From positions 1-27,351 of the IMG/VR virus record IMGVR_UViG_3300031588_000012: a stretch of 27,351 nucleotides of DNA. One strand, given 5' to 3'. The DNA comes from a virus (taxonomy: Duplodnaviria; Caudoviricetes). A program made the translations under genes and the position numbers. Shown piece after piece: positions 6,584 to 16,700 of this stretch (position 1 is the stretch's first letter; the number at the start of each line of letters is the position of its first letter). The notes under the pieces were generated by a model. It was given only the letters and a program-made list of their open reading frames with translations, did not search any database and was not told the DNA's origin.

Positions 6584-7897
6584 TTAATCGAACGGCGTTG
6601 CCTGCTCGAATTTGTTGATTGAACGCCTAAAGAGAAGGTTCACCATTCCGGTATCCCCGTTCCTCTGCTTGTCCAAAATTAAAGTAACTATATCGTCCTC
6701 GGGGTCCGGCTTGTGCAACAGCGCTACTGCGTCAGCGTCCTGCTCCAGCGACCCTCCTTGAGCTAGGTCGGCCATGATCGGGCGGCGGCCACCCATCTTC
6801 ACTGACTCGCGGTTGAGTTGGGCGAGAACAATGAACCCAACACCTAGCTCACGCGCCAGCGCCTTGAGCCCAAGGGATATCTCCGCAATCTCCCGCACGC
6901 GCTCAGATGGCTTAAATCCCGGCACCTTTACCAACTGAACGTAGTCGATGACCACTAGATCAATCTTGTGCGCCTTGCACATCGAGCGACAGATGGCTCG
7001 TATTTCAAACAGGCTCATTCCTGGTTTGTCGATTATCCTGAGCCCTGATGTGTTGATCTTGCCGGTGGCTTTCGTAATCTTCTGAATCTCTCCGTGGGTG
7101 AGTGCCCCTTTGGTTTCCATGCGCTTCATGTCCACCTCTGTCACTGAAGCGATGGCCCTCATAAGGAGGCGGGCATAGTCCATCTCCAAGGAGAAGAAGA
7201 GCACGCCCTTCTTGGCGTTCAGGGCAGCGTGGGTGGATATGTTCATCCCAAGGGTGGTCTTGCCCATGCCAGGCCTTGCGGCCACCACAAACATGTCCCC
7301 TGGCTGGATTCCGTTTGTAAGGTAGTCCAGGTTAGGAATGCCAGTGGGAACTCCCATTGATCCAATCTCGCCGGTCTGACACTTCTCAATGCGGTCTATC
7401 ACAGTAAGTATCTGTTCCTTGTGGGTGGACTTCTCGCCCTCACTCGCGTCGCATTCCGACAGAAGCTTATCAAGCCCGACCATTGCCTCGGCGTAGGATG
7501 AGCCGCCCTTGATTAAGGACTGTGAGACGCTCACAGCCTCACAGAGGGCCCGCTTGCGCTCGCACTCTTTGAGCGGGGTAATGTAGTGCGGCAGATTGAT
7601 GGGCGAGGGAATAAAGTCTCCACACTCATTGGTGCGCAGGACAACATCACCTGAGGTGAATCCTGAGCCGATCTTCTTTATGTCGATCATCAGACGAGCC
7701 CTATCAGAGCTACCACTGTCCGCCATCACCTGAAACATCAGGCGGTGCAGCGGGTCGTAAAAGTGCTCAGGCTTAAGTTGGGCAGCAGCTTTCGAGGTCC
7801 ACTCGTCGCCCCCCAGCATGCAGCCGATGACACCTCTCTCAGCGTCCAGGTCAGCAAGCAACGGCACAGGGAGTGTTCCGGCTTCAGTCGCCTCCAC
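6584..7897 (-). CDS. dnaB: Replicative DNA helicase, DnaB family
   Basis: DAERGVIG N-domain, Walker A AARPGMGKT, FSLEM, IDYVQL, LAQLNR, EQDAD and KQRNG. Probable start is the GTG at 7897 after GGGGGAGG. Confidence 0.95.
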   Translation of the reverse strand: MEATEAGTLPVPLLADLDAERGVIGCMLGGDEWTSKAAAQLKPEHFYDPLHRLMFQVMADSGSSDRARLMIDIKKIGSGFTSGDVVLRTNECGDFIPSPINLPHYITPLKECERKRALCEAVSVSQSLIKGGSSYAEAMVGLDKLLSECDASEGEKSTHKEQILTVIDRIEKCQTGEIGSMGVPTGIPNLDYLTNGIQPGDMFVVAARPGMGKTTLGMNISTHAALNAKKGVLFFSLEMDYARLLMRAIASVTEVDMKRMETKGALTHGEIQKITKATGKINTSGLRIIDKPGMSLFEIRAICRSMCKAHKIDLVVIDYVQLVKVPGFKPSERVREIAEISLGLKALARELGVGFIVLAQLNRESVKMGGRRPIMADLAQGGSLEQDADAVALLHKPDPEDDIVTLILDKQRNGDTGMVNLLFRRSINKFEQATPFD

Positions 7898-8108
7898 GGC
7901 CTCCCCCTTCCCCTTCCTCTGGGTGCTCGAGGCCAAGCTTGGCCAATAGCTGGTCGATGTAGACGCACTGCTCAAAGCAGTCCTCGCATATGTACCCCTT
8001 GGTGACTGAGCGGTCATAGGCTATCGCCTCCCGCCTCTCCCCGCAGCTCCAGCATTTTCCTTGCTTTGGCTCTATCCAGTAAATTGACGATTTGGTGCTC
8101 ATGGACAT
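7884..8108 (-). CDS. Small zinc-finger protein
   Basis: CWSC...ICEDC. Its stop overlaps the probable DnaB start. Confidence 0.7.
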   Translation of the reverse strand: MSMSTKSSIYWIEPKQGKCWSCGERREAIAYDRSVTKGYICEDCFEQCVYIDQLLAKLGLEHPEEGEGGGRGGD

Positions 8109-8415
8109 AGGTGATTGAGATTATCGTTTCTTCCTCCGCGCGGTGGGCGACTTTTTCTTGCTCGCACGAGAAGGTGATGTCTGATGCGCGGTCGTCATAA
8201 ATGAGGCCAGCGTATCTGAGCCCATCGAGCACATACTTCGGAGTGAGGTTGTCGGGGTCGAGGAGCCGCACGCGGCGGCTAATAAACCTGATAGCAATGC
8301 GGCCTGGGCTTTCTCCTTCTCCTTCCTCCGTCCCCAGTGGTTCACACCGAAAAGGGCATTCAGAGATGGGATCCGATACTTGATCGTCAGCTTGAGTGTT
8401 CGTGGGTCTTCGCAT
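8014..8415 (-). CDS. RusA-like Holliday junction resolvase, catalytic part
   Basis: IAIRFISRRVRLLDPDNLTPKYVLDGLRYAGLIYDD...ETIISI matches RusA DxDN..K...D...DD. AAGGAGG lies upstream of the ATG. Confidence 0.8.
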   Translation of the reverse strand: MRRPTNTQADDQVSDPISECPFRCEPLGTEEGEGESPGRIAIRFISRRVRLLDPDNLTPKYVLDGLRYAGLIYDDRASDITFSCEQEKVAHRAEEETIISITYVHEHQIVNLLDRAKARKMLELRGEAGGDSL

Positions 8416-8435
8416 TCTATTATTTCCTCCTTCAT
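8121..8435 (-). CDS. Overlapping ORF carrying a RusA-like N-terminal motif
   Basis: LKLTIKYRIPSLNALFGVNHWGRRKEKEKAQAALL resembles the strand-PSxN-basic helix N-terminus of RusA-like proteins. Confidence 0.6.
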   Translation of the reverse strand: MKEEIIECEDPRTLKLTIKYRIPSLNALFGVNHWGRRKEKEKAQAALLSGLLAAACGSSTPTTSLRSMCSMGSDTLASFMTTAHQTSPSRASKKKSPTARRKKR

Positions 8436-8454
8436 GTTGATTTTATGTGAACCA

Positions 8455-8595
8455 CTACTTGGTTTCTTTAAGGTCAGCCGCGATTAGGTTTCGGATGTAC
8501 TGAGACATGGTGACGTACTGTTGATCAGCACGCCGCCTAAGCTTCCGTTTCATTTGGGGTGGCATGGGTACAGCGATGATTGTTTTTTCCTTCAA
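8455..8595 (-). CDS. Ribbon-helix-helix (CopG/Arc-like) regulator
   Basis: KTIIAVPMPPQMKRKLRRRADQQYVTMSQYIRNLIAADL. TTG start at 8595 after AAGGAAAGG; first gene after the promoter. Confidence 0.8.
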   Translation of the reverse strand: MKEKTIIAVPMPPQMKRKLRRRADQQYVTMSQYIRNLIAADLKETK

Positions 8596-8631
8596 ACTTT
8601 TCCTTTCCTTGGCGCGATGCCAGTGCCGCCG

Positions 8632-8691
8632 ATTATACAGAGAGCGAAAGCTAACGCAATAAAAAAAATTGTAAATTATTAACAAGTTAAT
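8632..8691 (-). promoter_or_regulatory. Sigma70-type promoter of the replication operon, with UP element and palindrome
   Basis: Minus strand TTGCGT (8659-8654), 16-nt spacer, TATAAT (8637-8632). A T-tract lies upstream, and ATTAAC-AA-GTTAAT is at 8678-8691. Confidence 0.7.
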
Positions 8692-8707
8692 GACCACCTC
8701 ATACCAT

Positions 8708-8732
8708 GTGGATATCCTTTGCGGAAATCCAC
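8708..8732. promoter_or_regulatory. Imperfect inverted repeat (operator or terminator-like hairpin)
   Basis: GTGGAT-A-TCC-TTTGC-GGA-A-ATCCAC between the 8755 gene stop and the promoter; no U-tract follows. Confidence 0.45.
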
Positions 8733-8754
8733 TTATTCACTATGGGTGTCCGCC

Positions 8755-8997
8755 TTATTTGAGGCGGCGAACTTTTTTTATAACGCCGACCGGGATGCAG
8801 CAGTAATCTCCGACCGGATCCTTTTCGTCGCCCTCGTACTGGCCGGAAGCGAGGACCACATACTCCTTGGTCTTTTTTGCAAGCACGCCCTCATTCCAGC
8901 AGTTGGATAATTTGGCAGCCGACAAAGGCTCATTGATGTAAGCAGTGATATCCACCCACTCAATGCGGACGCGCTGACCTGGTGCAGGTAGCCTCAT
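8755..8997 (-). CDS. Phage hypothetical small beta-barrel protein
   Basis: VRIEWVDI...CWNEGVL...VVLAS...IPVGVIKKV resembles a pattern common in phage proteins. ATGA-coupled to the upstream gene. Confidence 0.8.
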   Translation of the reverse strand: MRLPAPGQRVRIEWVDITAYINEPLSAAKLSNCWNEGVLAKKTKEYVVLASGQYEGDEKDPVGDYCCIPVGVIKKVRRLK

Positions 8998-9254
8998 TTC
9001 TTCTTCTCCCTGTAGTGGGGAACCGGCATTAGCCGCAGACCGGTTTCGATCTTAAACTTCTTCGCCTCGACCGTTCCGTTCTCGATGCCCTTAGCCACCA
9101 CCCTCCTGGTGTGCACCTCACTCATCCCCGACTCCTTGGCTAGCTGCTTAACAGTTAACCAGCCATCAGGGACGGTAACCGCGCCGCCGGAGAACTCTTC
9201 GCGAAGCTGACTTAGCCAGCCTAGATCGTTTTTATTTTTGTTGGTATGTGCCAT
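8994..9254 (-). CDS. HTH/winged-helix protein
   Basis: VPDGWLTVKQLAKESGMSEVHTRRVV...VEAKKFKI...VPHY. ATG at 9254 follows GAGGAGGT. Confidence 0.75.
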   Translation of the reverse strand: MAHTNKNKNDLGWLSQLREEFSGGAVTVPDGWLTVKQLAKESGMSEVHTRRVVAKGIENGTVEAKKFKIETGLRLMPVPHYREKKK

Positions 9255-9949
9255 TTTCCATCCACCTCCTCGACCTGCCACGCAGTCCACGCGCCAGTCT
9301 TTTCGTTAATCATGCCCATTATAAAGCCGTGGTTGTGGCGCAGTGTGCCAGGCATATGCGCGCTCCACTTCATGTCCAAATCGCAAAGGCAGCCGGCTGA
9401 CATTGATGTCCGTCGCTTTATGTATGGCGCTGTATATTGGTCAGCCGCATGAATGTGGCCGAATATGCAATTCCCGTACACGTTCGCGTGCTGCCGGCAC
9501 GCATTAACCCCGTGGTAAAAACCATGAAGAAATGAGAGGTCCCCAAACTTCCACACCGAGCGCTTATGGTAAGGCTTCCAGAGGCAGTTCACCTCGGCGT
9601 AAGCCCGCTCTAGCTCTTGTGTTCCTTTGAAGGCGTACTCAGTCTCAATCCCGTTACTTGCCTCGGCGAGATCATATATACGCTTATCGTGGTTTCCCAT
9701 GAGCGCGTGAGTTGGCTGCCATTCGTGCAGGAACTTTATACCTGCTCTCCAGTCGTGCTGCATGCCCTCTGCTCGCTCCTCCCGGCTAGCTCCTCGCCTA
9801 AGAGGCCTGGCATCCATTAAATCCCCACCGAAGATCTTCAGGTGTGGCTTAAAGTCTTTAGTGGCGGCCATGACGGCCTTCACTGACTTCTCGCAGGCTT
9901 GATCTCCGTGGAGATCCGAGCAAAATAGGAATCGCTTCATATTTGTCAT
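9221..9949 (-). CDS. Calcineurin-like metallophosphoesterase
   Basis: Motifs SDLHG, GGDLMD, GNHD, LHG and FGHIH appear in the expected order. Confidence 0.92.
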   Translation of the reverse strand: MTNMKRFLFCSDLHGDQACEKSVKAVMAATKDFKPHLKIFGGDLMDARPLRRGASREERAEGMQHDWRAGIKFLHEWQPTHALMGNHDKRIYDLAEASNGIETEYAFKGTQELERAYAEVNCLWKPYHKRSVWKFGDLSFLHGFYHGVNACRQHANVYGNCIFGHIHAADQYTAPYIKRRTSMSAGCLCDLDMKWSAHMPGTLRHNHGFIMGMINEKTGAWTAWQVEEVDGKWHIPTKIKTI

Positions 9950-9952
9950 AAA

Positions 9953-10159
9953 TTAACGAGGCCGCTCGAGCTCGTACTCGAGTTGGTTTATATATAGGAG
10001 GCAGGCCTCGATAAATCGTTTCGACTCCTCGGATGCGTCTCGAGCGTCAACCGACCCCTGCGGGTGGTTCGTCAGGAGGTCCGTCACTCCGTTGTACTTC
10101 GGGGTCATGCAGCTCGTTGCGAGCATTAATGAAATCGCCAACCATTTTATTTTTTTCAT
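9953..10159 (-). CDS. Lipoprotein, o-spanin (Rz1)-like
   Basis: MKKIKWLAISLMLATS-C is a signal peptide with a lipobox-like Cys. It starts inside the upstream gene in a different frame. Confidence 0.7.
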   Translation of the reverse strand: MKKIKWLAISLMLATSCMTPKYNGVTDLLTNHPQGSVDARDASEESKRFIEACLLYINQLEYELERPR

Positions 10160-10286
10160 CGAGACGCTCTTTGGCTACACGTTCCTGGTTTTGTTGGTTA
10201 AACTCCCGCACACCTGCCGCAATCTGCTCCGCCGCCTTAGCGATGGCGGGCAGTGCACGGCAGGCGGCAAGGAGGGCAGTAATCAT
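10047..10286 (-). CDS. i-spanin (Rz)-like or lysis accessory protein
   Basis: Hydrophobic N-terminus, helical charged middle and Pro-rich tail; overlaps the lipoprotein gene by 113 nt and lies directly after the holin. Confidence 0.5.
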   Translation of the reverse strand: MITALLAACRALPAIAKAAEQIAAGVREFNQQNQERVAKERLDEKNKMVGDFINARNELHDPEVQRSDGPPDEPPAGVG

Positions 10287-10289
10287 AGG

Positions 10290-10514
10290 TTACTTTTTGG
10301 CAGGCTTCTTGGGCGCAGCCATCTTGCCTTTAGCGAACTCGGCCACAGAATCAACCAGCCCCTGCCCGCCGATGTATGCGCTGCAGATTACGGTAATTGC
10401 GCCGACAACCCACTCGGTCATCTCGGGCCTTAGCCCGATCAGGTCGGTGGCGATCACTGACAGTACGCCGCCAACGGCGACGATGAACTTCCTACTCTTC
10501 AATTTATCAATCAT
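10290..10514 (-). CDS. Holin-like membrane protein
   Basis: KLKSRKFIVAV..., two hydrophobic segments, AYIGGQGLVD and a basic C-terminal tail. Confidence 0.82.
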   Translation of the reverse strand: MIDKLKSRKFIVAVGGVLSVIATDLIGLRPEMTEWVVGAITVICSAYIGGQGLVDSVAEFAKGKMAAPKKPAKK

Positions 10515-10528
10515 TTTTCTTGGGGGTT

Positions 10529-10690
10529 TTATTTTTCTTTGGTTATTTGGTGTATCTTTACCACTGTATATATGATGGATAGCACCAAAAGTGAAATCTT
10601 AAGGAACATCTCGAGGCTACTCAGCCACGTAACGCCCAGCACCGATAAATTCACTGTCAGTGTTTTTAGCATTTCGTAATGGTCGGTCAT
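10529..10690 (-). CDS. Second holin-like membrane protein, 53 aa (not in ORF track)
   Basis: Translates as MTDHYEMLKTLTVNLSVLGVTWLSSLEMFLKISLLVLSIIYTVVKIHQITKEK, with AAGGAG upstream of the ATG. Confidence 0.78.
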   Translation of the reverse strand: MTDHYEMLKTLTVNLSVLGVTWLSSLEMFLKISLLVLSIIYTVVKIHQITKEK

Positions 10691-10731
10691 TTCTCTCCTT
10701 AGTATAACTTATTTTTATTGTATGTTCTATG

Positions 10732-13700
10732 TTAATAACCAAGCGCTTTGCGCATAATCTCTTTCCGACGATCACCGGAGGGGCCTGGAGCACGGCGAGG
10801 TTGCAAGTTGCTTCCGCTTTTCCTCTTACTCTTGCCAGAGGACTCCGATTTCCCTCGCCATGGCTCTTGGCCAAGGTGCAGCTCCCCGTAGGAGTTGTAC
10901 ATTTCCACTGCCGCCTCAATATCGGATCGGTACTCCTCAGGGATGGCCTGAATAAGGGCCTTGTATTGCGTCTCGGTTGGCAGAGGCGAGAAAACCTTCC
11001 TCACGGGATGGTTGGCCAGGAAGCCAGCCCTGACTCTTGCATCTATCTCATCCTCGTCTAGTGTTTCCCCATCTCTCTCAGCCACCTCCCGCAGGGTGCG
11101 CCTGGCGTCTGCGACAGCCTCGGTGAACATATTGATGTCATTACTGATGGCACCCAGCGCCATATTGTTATAGTGAGGTTTCACTAGGCGATGGCTGGTG
11201 ACGCCTCCTCTCCACCCGGGCTTCACGGAAAGATGCTGCATGCGCCCTGCCACCCGCATCCAATTCTCTGCGTTAAGCCGTTTGGTAACCTTGGCCTCTT
11301 GGCTCAATCCGGGCAACCCCGAGCCGTCACCAGTGACGGTATTCAGGATTTGCGCCCACTCAAGGTACCCACCAAGACCAACCATCTGAAGCCCAGGCCT
11401 CACCATTTGCTGGTAATCCATTGGTCGGCCGGTGGCTAACCATTTCGACGTTTGCTCAGCCATACCGCCTATGACGGACAAGAAGAAAACTCTGTTCTCG
11501 ATTGAGAAGTTGCGGCCAGTCTCCGGGTTGAGCTTGGCGTTTGCCGCATCGCCCGTGATTCCGAACATCCCGACCCGACTAGTCCTATCCAGAAAAGCCA
11601 GCGCGTTGTGCCTGCTTATGATATCGGATTCTCCCTTTTCGTTCTCCCACTTGAACTCCAGAATGTTAGCCTTCTTGCGCAGCATCTTCTCCTCCCAACG
11701 CTCCCGGAGCCACACAAAGGCAAGGCTGATTGGCATCATCGCCAAATAAGGCATCATCGATTGCAGCATCAGGCGATAGTTAAACTCACCCGCCGCATCG
11801 TTCGCCTTCCAGTTCCGCCTTACATCGGCGGCCTTCTCAATCGACCACCCTACGAGTGGGTTGGTCATGCGCCCGCCGTGCGAAGAGAAGACGTAGGATG
11901 GCCGAGACATAATGCTGGTTTCCTTCGTGATCTCTGCTTGGGCCATTAGGGCCAGTCTCCGCAGTTGATCATTGTTGAATACCTCCGATTTACCGCCGGC
12001 CATGCGCTTCCTCCGTGCCTCTTGCGCTAAGCTCTCTAACGACATGCCGTAGGTAGCTAGCATATCGGTCATGTAATTAAACGCATCCTCCGACATGTGT
12101 GTGCCAAAAAATCCACCCTTCACGTTCTTGTGGGTGAACCGGAACCCTTTCCCGATGTCGGCCTCAGGATTTGCGTCAAGGTACTCCACGGCGTCGGTAA
12201 CGAGCTTATGGTATGCCTTCCAGCCGTTGATCGTGTTCGCAGCGGTCATCCATAACCCGGCCTGAGTGAATACGGCGTGAGGGTGAAGGGTTGCGTAGCG
12301 CGCCTCGTGGCCCATCTTACCGAATCCCATGATGCCGGTGCCAAGCAGCTCCCGAACCGACCGCGAGAAGTAGACGGCACCTTTCTTCGCCACGTTCCTG
12401 GTCTTACCCCAGACGCTGTCAGCCATCGGGTCAAGGCCGGGGACCTCCCGGTTCACGGCGGCGACAATGCGGGTCATGCCATCACGCATTGCGTCCTGAT
12501 CGCCATGGTGCAGTTCGTTGAACTTAGTCTGCCACCCCGCATCCATGTCTACCTGCCGGCCCAGTGCCTGGAAGAAGCTGCCCGCCGCCTGTGTCAGGGT
12601 GCTGAATCCCCTAAGCGACTGAACGATGCCCATTCGGTTAAAGCCGAACTTAGCGAAGGGCATGGCGAACATCGAGGAGGTGTCAATAATGGCCGTCTTT
12701 CCCGACTGAACCACTAACCCTGTGAGCATCTGCAAAACTTCGTATGAGGCACCCATTTCGGCTGGGGTCCTGGCGGCCTCATTGCCAATCATGGCAAGTA
12801 TTCTGGCCTTAACTCTCGTTAGGCGCTTCAGGTTGTCGCTCGCGGATTTAAGTGTTTTCCAGCCAGCCGGCCCATACAGGTCTTTAGCCTCCTGCTTAGC
12901 CTGGGCAAGTGTTATCTTACCACCGTGCAGTCGACTCCGAATACTCTCCAGCACGCCTAGCTGCTCACCAAATTCCCTTTCAGCGGCGGCAAACTCCTGC
13001 TTCAACGGCTCAAGCTGCTGGCCGAATGCGGCGTGCGCAGAGAACACCCTCATGATGCTCAGGACCTGCTGCTCCTCGAAGGTAGAGTAGCTGACCCAGT
13101 CAGACGGGAAGCCCTCCGTTGTGCGCGCGTCAAGCATAACGCGTCGGAGAGTGATTTGGTTATCTTTAACAGAATCAGGGTTAAGGGCTTGGTCAATGTT
13201 GCTATAGAGGACATTGAATTTGTTTTGAAGCCTCCCTGTTACTTTACCAACGTGCTCCGCCATGGCTTCCTGAGATGCTTGGTCGCCACTCATGTTACCA
13301 TTGGTGATCTCGTACAGCTTCTCAGCGAACCCGACTATGTCCCCCTCCTCCACTGAGTTAAACGCATCTATTACTTCGCTCCTAGATGCTCGGCGGTGGT
13401 ACCGGTTGTCTTCATCGCCCTTCGTCCCACCCTCATCAAATAGTGACTCGCCCGCCTGCTCCACCAGAGGGCGGACAAATTGGTTCCAGACATTTCCTGA
13501 GTACTGCTTCTTTGTGGTCTCGCGCAACTCAGCGTTCTTATCGGGGTCAAGGTAAGCCTCAGCGGTGTCCTTCCTCACATCAGAGACGGACTTTGTGACG
13601 CTTCTGGACTGCTCCACGCCGCCCTCATCAACATGGGTCCAGATCTTCATCCACTCACTGCCATCCTTGCCCATATCAATAGCTAGGGTGGCTATCTCGC

Positions 13701-16700
13701 CGCCAATGGAACGACTGACAGTAAACAGCTCAGCACCGATGGCTTTCCGAAAATGCTCCTGCTTTCCTTTCCCATGCTTAACCTTCAGCCCCATTCCTTC
13801 CTGGTGCTCGATGATGGTCTTGGACATGCTACCCGTAAGGCGCAGTAGTTCCTCGACGGCCGGCCATGCCTCGGGGTTTGATCTCAGGGCTACTGATATC
13901 AGGTTCTCCCCATTCCTCAACATGAGCTCCACATTTTTTAGGCCGGCATTGATCGCCTCCTCCACACTGTCATGCTCATCCAGTAGTTGTTGGTTGGACT
14001 CAAAGTATGCAAGTGCAGGGCCGTATACTAAATCATTAAAGATAGTCTTGCTTCCTTCCCTCTTAGAGAGGCCTAGCGCCTTGATCGCGGCAGTCTCAGA
14101 TTCAACCCAGTCAGCGGACAATGGCTCCAGCTCTTTGTGCCGCCTGCTGAATGCCTCAAACTGTGCGATTCGGTGAATTATGTTCCCGAGAATTGGCGAG
14201 CCGGTTTGCTCGAGCTGATCCCTGAATGTTCCGGCGGCCATGAGCGTTACGCTATCCCGCGCCGCTGTATGGTCACGAACAGTGTGCTCACTGGAAATCA
14301 CATCGTAGACGCGCTTCATGTAGTTCCAGGTCTTGTCCTTCTTGCGACCTGGGTAATGCAGCCAGAGGTAGAGAGCCTCCATCTCGACAGCCAGTTTTTG
14401 CTGGTACTTCTTGGGCGACATGCCCTTGGTCTTGCGCGGGATGAGCGTGAACTCTGTCGGCTTCGTTTTCTGGATACTTGTAGATGATTGATCTGGGGAG
14501 GTTGGCACCACATATTGTGACCCTTCCGTTGCCTTCCACAGCGAGCTTCCCTTTACCACTGAGTCGGGTCTCTGCTCTATTTGCAGCGCTCCCTCAATGG
14601 AGGCCATCTCCTCAATCAGGATTTTCCTGGTGGAGTTATCGAAGTCGATAAACGCTTGTGCGTCCCGCATGCCTTTCACCTTCTTGCGGTGTTCTCTTTT
14701 GTGCTCGGTGAGCTTGATGAGTAGGCGCTCAGCGAGGGACCTGTGTGCTAAGAGCCCACGAATAGATACCCGAGCCTTATTGACGGCAGTCTCATCCGAT
14801 GTCATTACGAGATTAAGAATTTTGTTAATCTCGCCCCGCTTCCCAATCGACCTCAGCTTTGATAAATCAAAGATGTGCTGGTTATCTCGGCCTATATAGG
14901 ACATGAGCACCAGCGCGGCAGTTTGATCATCCGGGTTGGTGGTGATGCTTTGGAGCACGGCCTGCAACTCCGGTGAGATATTGTTCTCTATAAGCTCAAC
15001 AGCCTCCCCTATCCCTTGCGCGCTGAAGTCGATTGCCTCGCCTGGAGACACCTCAATAGCAGCCACGGCATCAACCAAGTTCATTAATTTGTTCCCTGCT
15101 GCCCCTCGCTCGGTCTCGGTCGCGCCCTTGCCTGGTGCCAGTATCTTCTGAACCCTTTCTACTGCGCCTGGAATCTTCTCTCTCTTTAGGTACTTCGCTA
15201 CCTTGACCAGCATGTCTCCCGACTCTCCGGAATTGCGGCTCAGGGCGGTGATGAAGTTACGTAGCGCCTTGTTTGAGGCCTTGGTCCGGGTATTGGCATC
15301 TGTGTAATTGCTGAGGAGCTCTTGAAGCTCCGCGTTGCTAGCCTCAATGCTGTCTAGTTCGTCCTTAACTATCCCCTCCTGCTTTGCCCGGTTTTTTTGC
15401 ATTTTCAGGAAGGTCTTCATTAAGACCTCCCAAAGGTCGTGCTGTGCTCGCTCCTTGTTAACTAAATCATTAATATCCAGCTTCTCAATAACGGACTCCC
15501 CATTATCTACCAGTCGCTGGTTAATGAGAGCTATCACCTCTTCAGGGCTCTTGGGTCGTTTCAGGAACCTTGACGTGAACTGCTTGAAGTCGATCCCGTC
15601 TTGGTTTAGTTGGTCGAGCTTGAACTTGTCGAACATCTGACTCAGCACGTCTTGAACCTTGGTCCAGACGGCAACGTCGCCGCGCAGGGCTGATTCATTG
15701 CTTACGTCAGGATCTGCTGAAATTGTCGGATCATCGGAGACTTTACGCAGCCTTCTGCCTTGAGCGTAATCAGTGCCACCTCCCTGATTAACAGACAAAG
15801 CCTCGGTGTGCTCAGGGGACAGACCCAGTTCTCTGACTAAAGAGCGCACCCGTTCGTCAGCCATGTTCTCCTCTAAGTATGGCTCGGTCTTTACGTGCTT
15901 TTGTTGTTGGGTGTCTTGAATTGTTAAAAGCGTGGTCTCAATGACCTCACCCAACATGCTGTCGGATATCTTACTCCGTCCATCTATTAACCCTAGGCCG
16001 TCAAGGACATCTAGGATTATATCCTTAAGCACGCCAATCAGGGATTGAAGGAAGTTTTCCCCTTTGGTTTGGCCCTCAATGGCTGCAAGGAAATTCTGGA
16101 AATCCGGCTTAGTCATCGCCTCAGAAACAAACTCATGAAGGTCCGTGAGCCCGTAAGGGTGCGCTTCCTTGCCCCATTTGATCTGCCTGCCTTCACGACG
16201 CTCGTGTTCCTTGCGGGCCCTAACAAGCATGCCGTCCAGCTTAGTAATCAACGCCATGGACACAGGAGACAGCTTGTCTCCCCTGTTGGTCTGGAAGTTT
16301 CCAATCGCTCTGATAAGGATCGCGTGAAGCATTTCATGCATCACCGTCTGCTGCATTTGCTCTAATGTCTCGTGGTCCCCGACGTAAATGGTTATTTCAT
16401 TTCGCTCATCGTTATAGCTCCCAAGAATGCTACCCACATTAGGGTGCTCCTTAACCAACCGAAGCTTCACCCCTTTTGCTAGCCCTGACTTCTTGATGAC
16501 CTCAATCAGCCCCTCAAGTAATTTATTACTAAACCCCTTTTCTCCTTTAGTCTCCCAGCTCTCTAAGAAAGCTTGGGCATCCGGGAAGTTCTTACGCATG
16601 GCCCGCATGGCCTTATTCGCTTCCTCGCGCGAGAAACCATCAAGCGTAGAGTGCTTGTACTGGCGTTCGGGAGTCATATTCATCTTGTACTTTATTCCGT

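Noticed and set aside
7898-8017. N-terminal extension of DnaB in the ORF track
   Set aside because: It is Ser/Thr-rich non-DnaB sequence overlapping the zinc-finger gene, and a GTG with a good SD lies at 7897.
4898-8435. Stop-codon reassignment as the cause of the split genes
   Set aside because: The splits are frame changes rather than in-frame stops, and TAA, TAG and TGA all end well-formed genes.
8596-8697. N-terminal extension of the RHH ORF
   Set aside because: It runs through the AT-rich promoter; the TTG at 8595 with a purine-rich leader fits better.
10701-10730. Possible promoter (TATACT) before the lysis genes
   Set aside because: The -35 match is poor and the implied start site would fall within or past the SD sequence.
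10617-10919. 100-aa minus-strand ORF
   Set aside because: It overlaps the giant gene's end and the better-supported 53-aa membrane ORF at 10690-10529.
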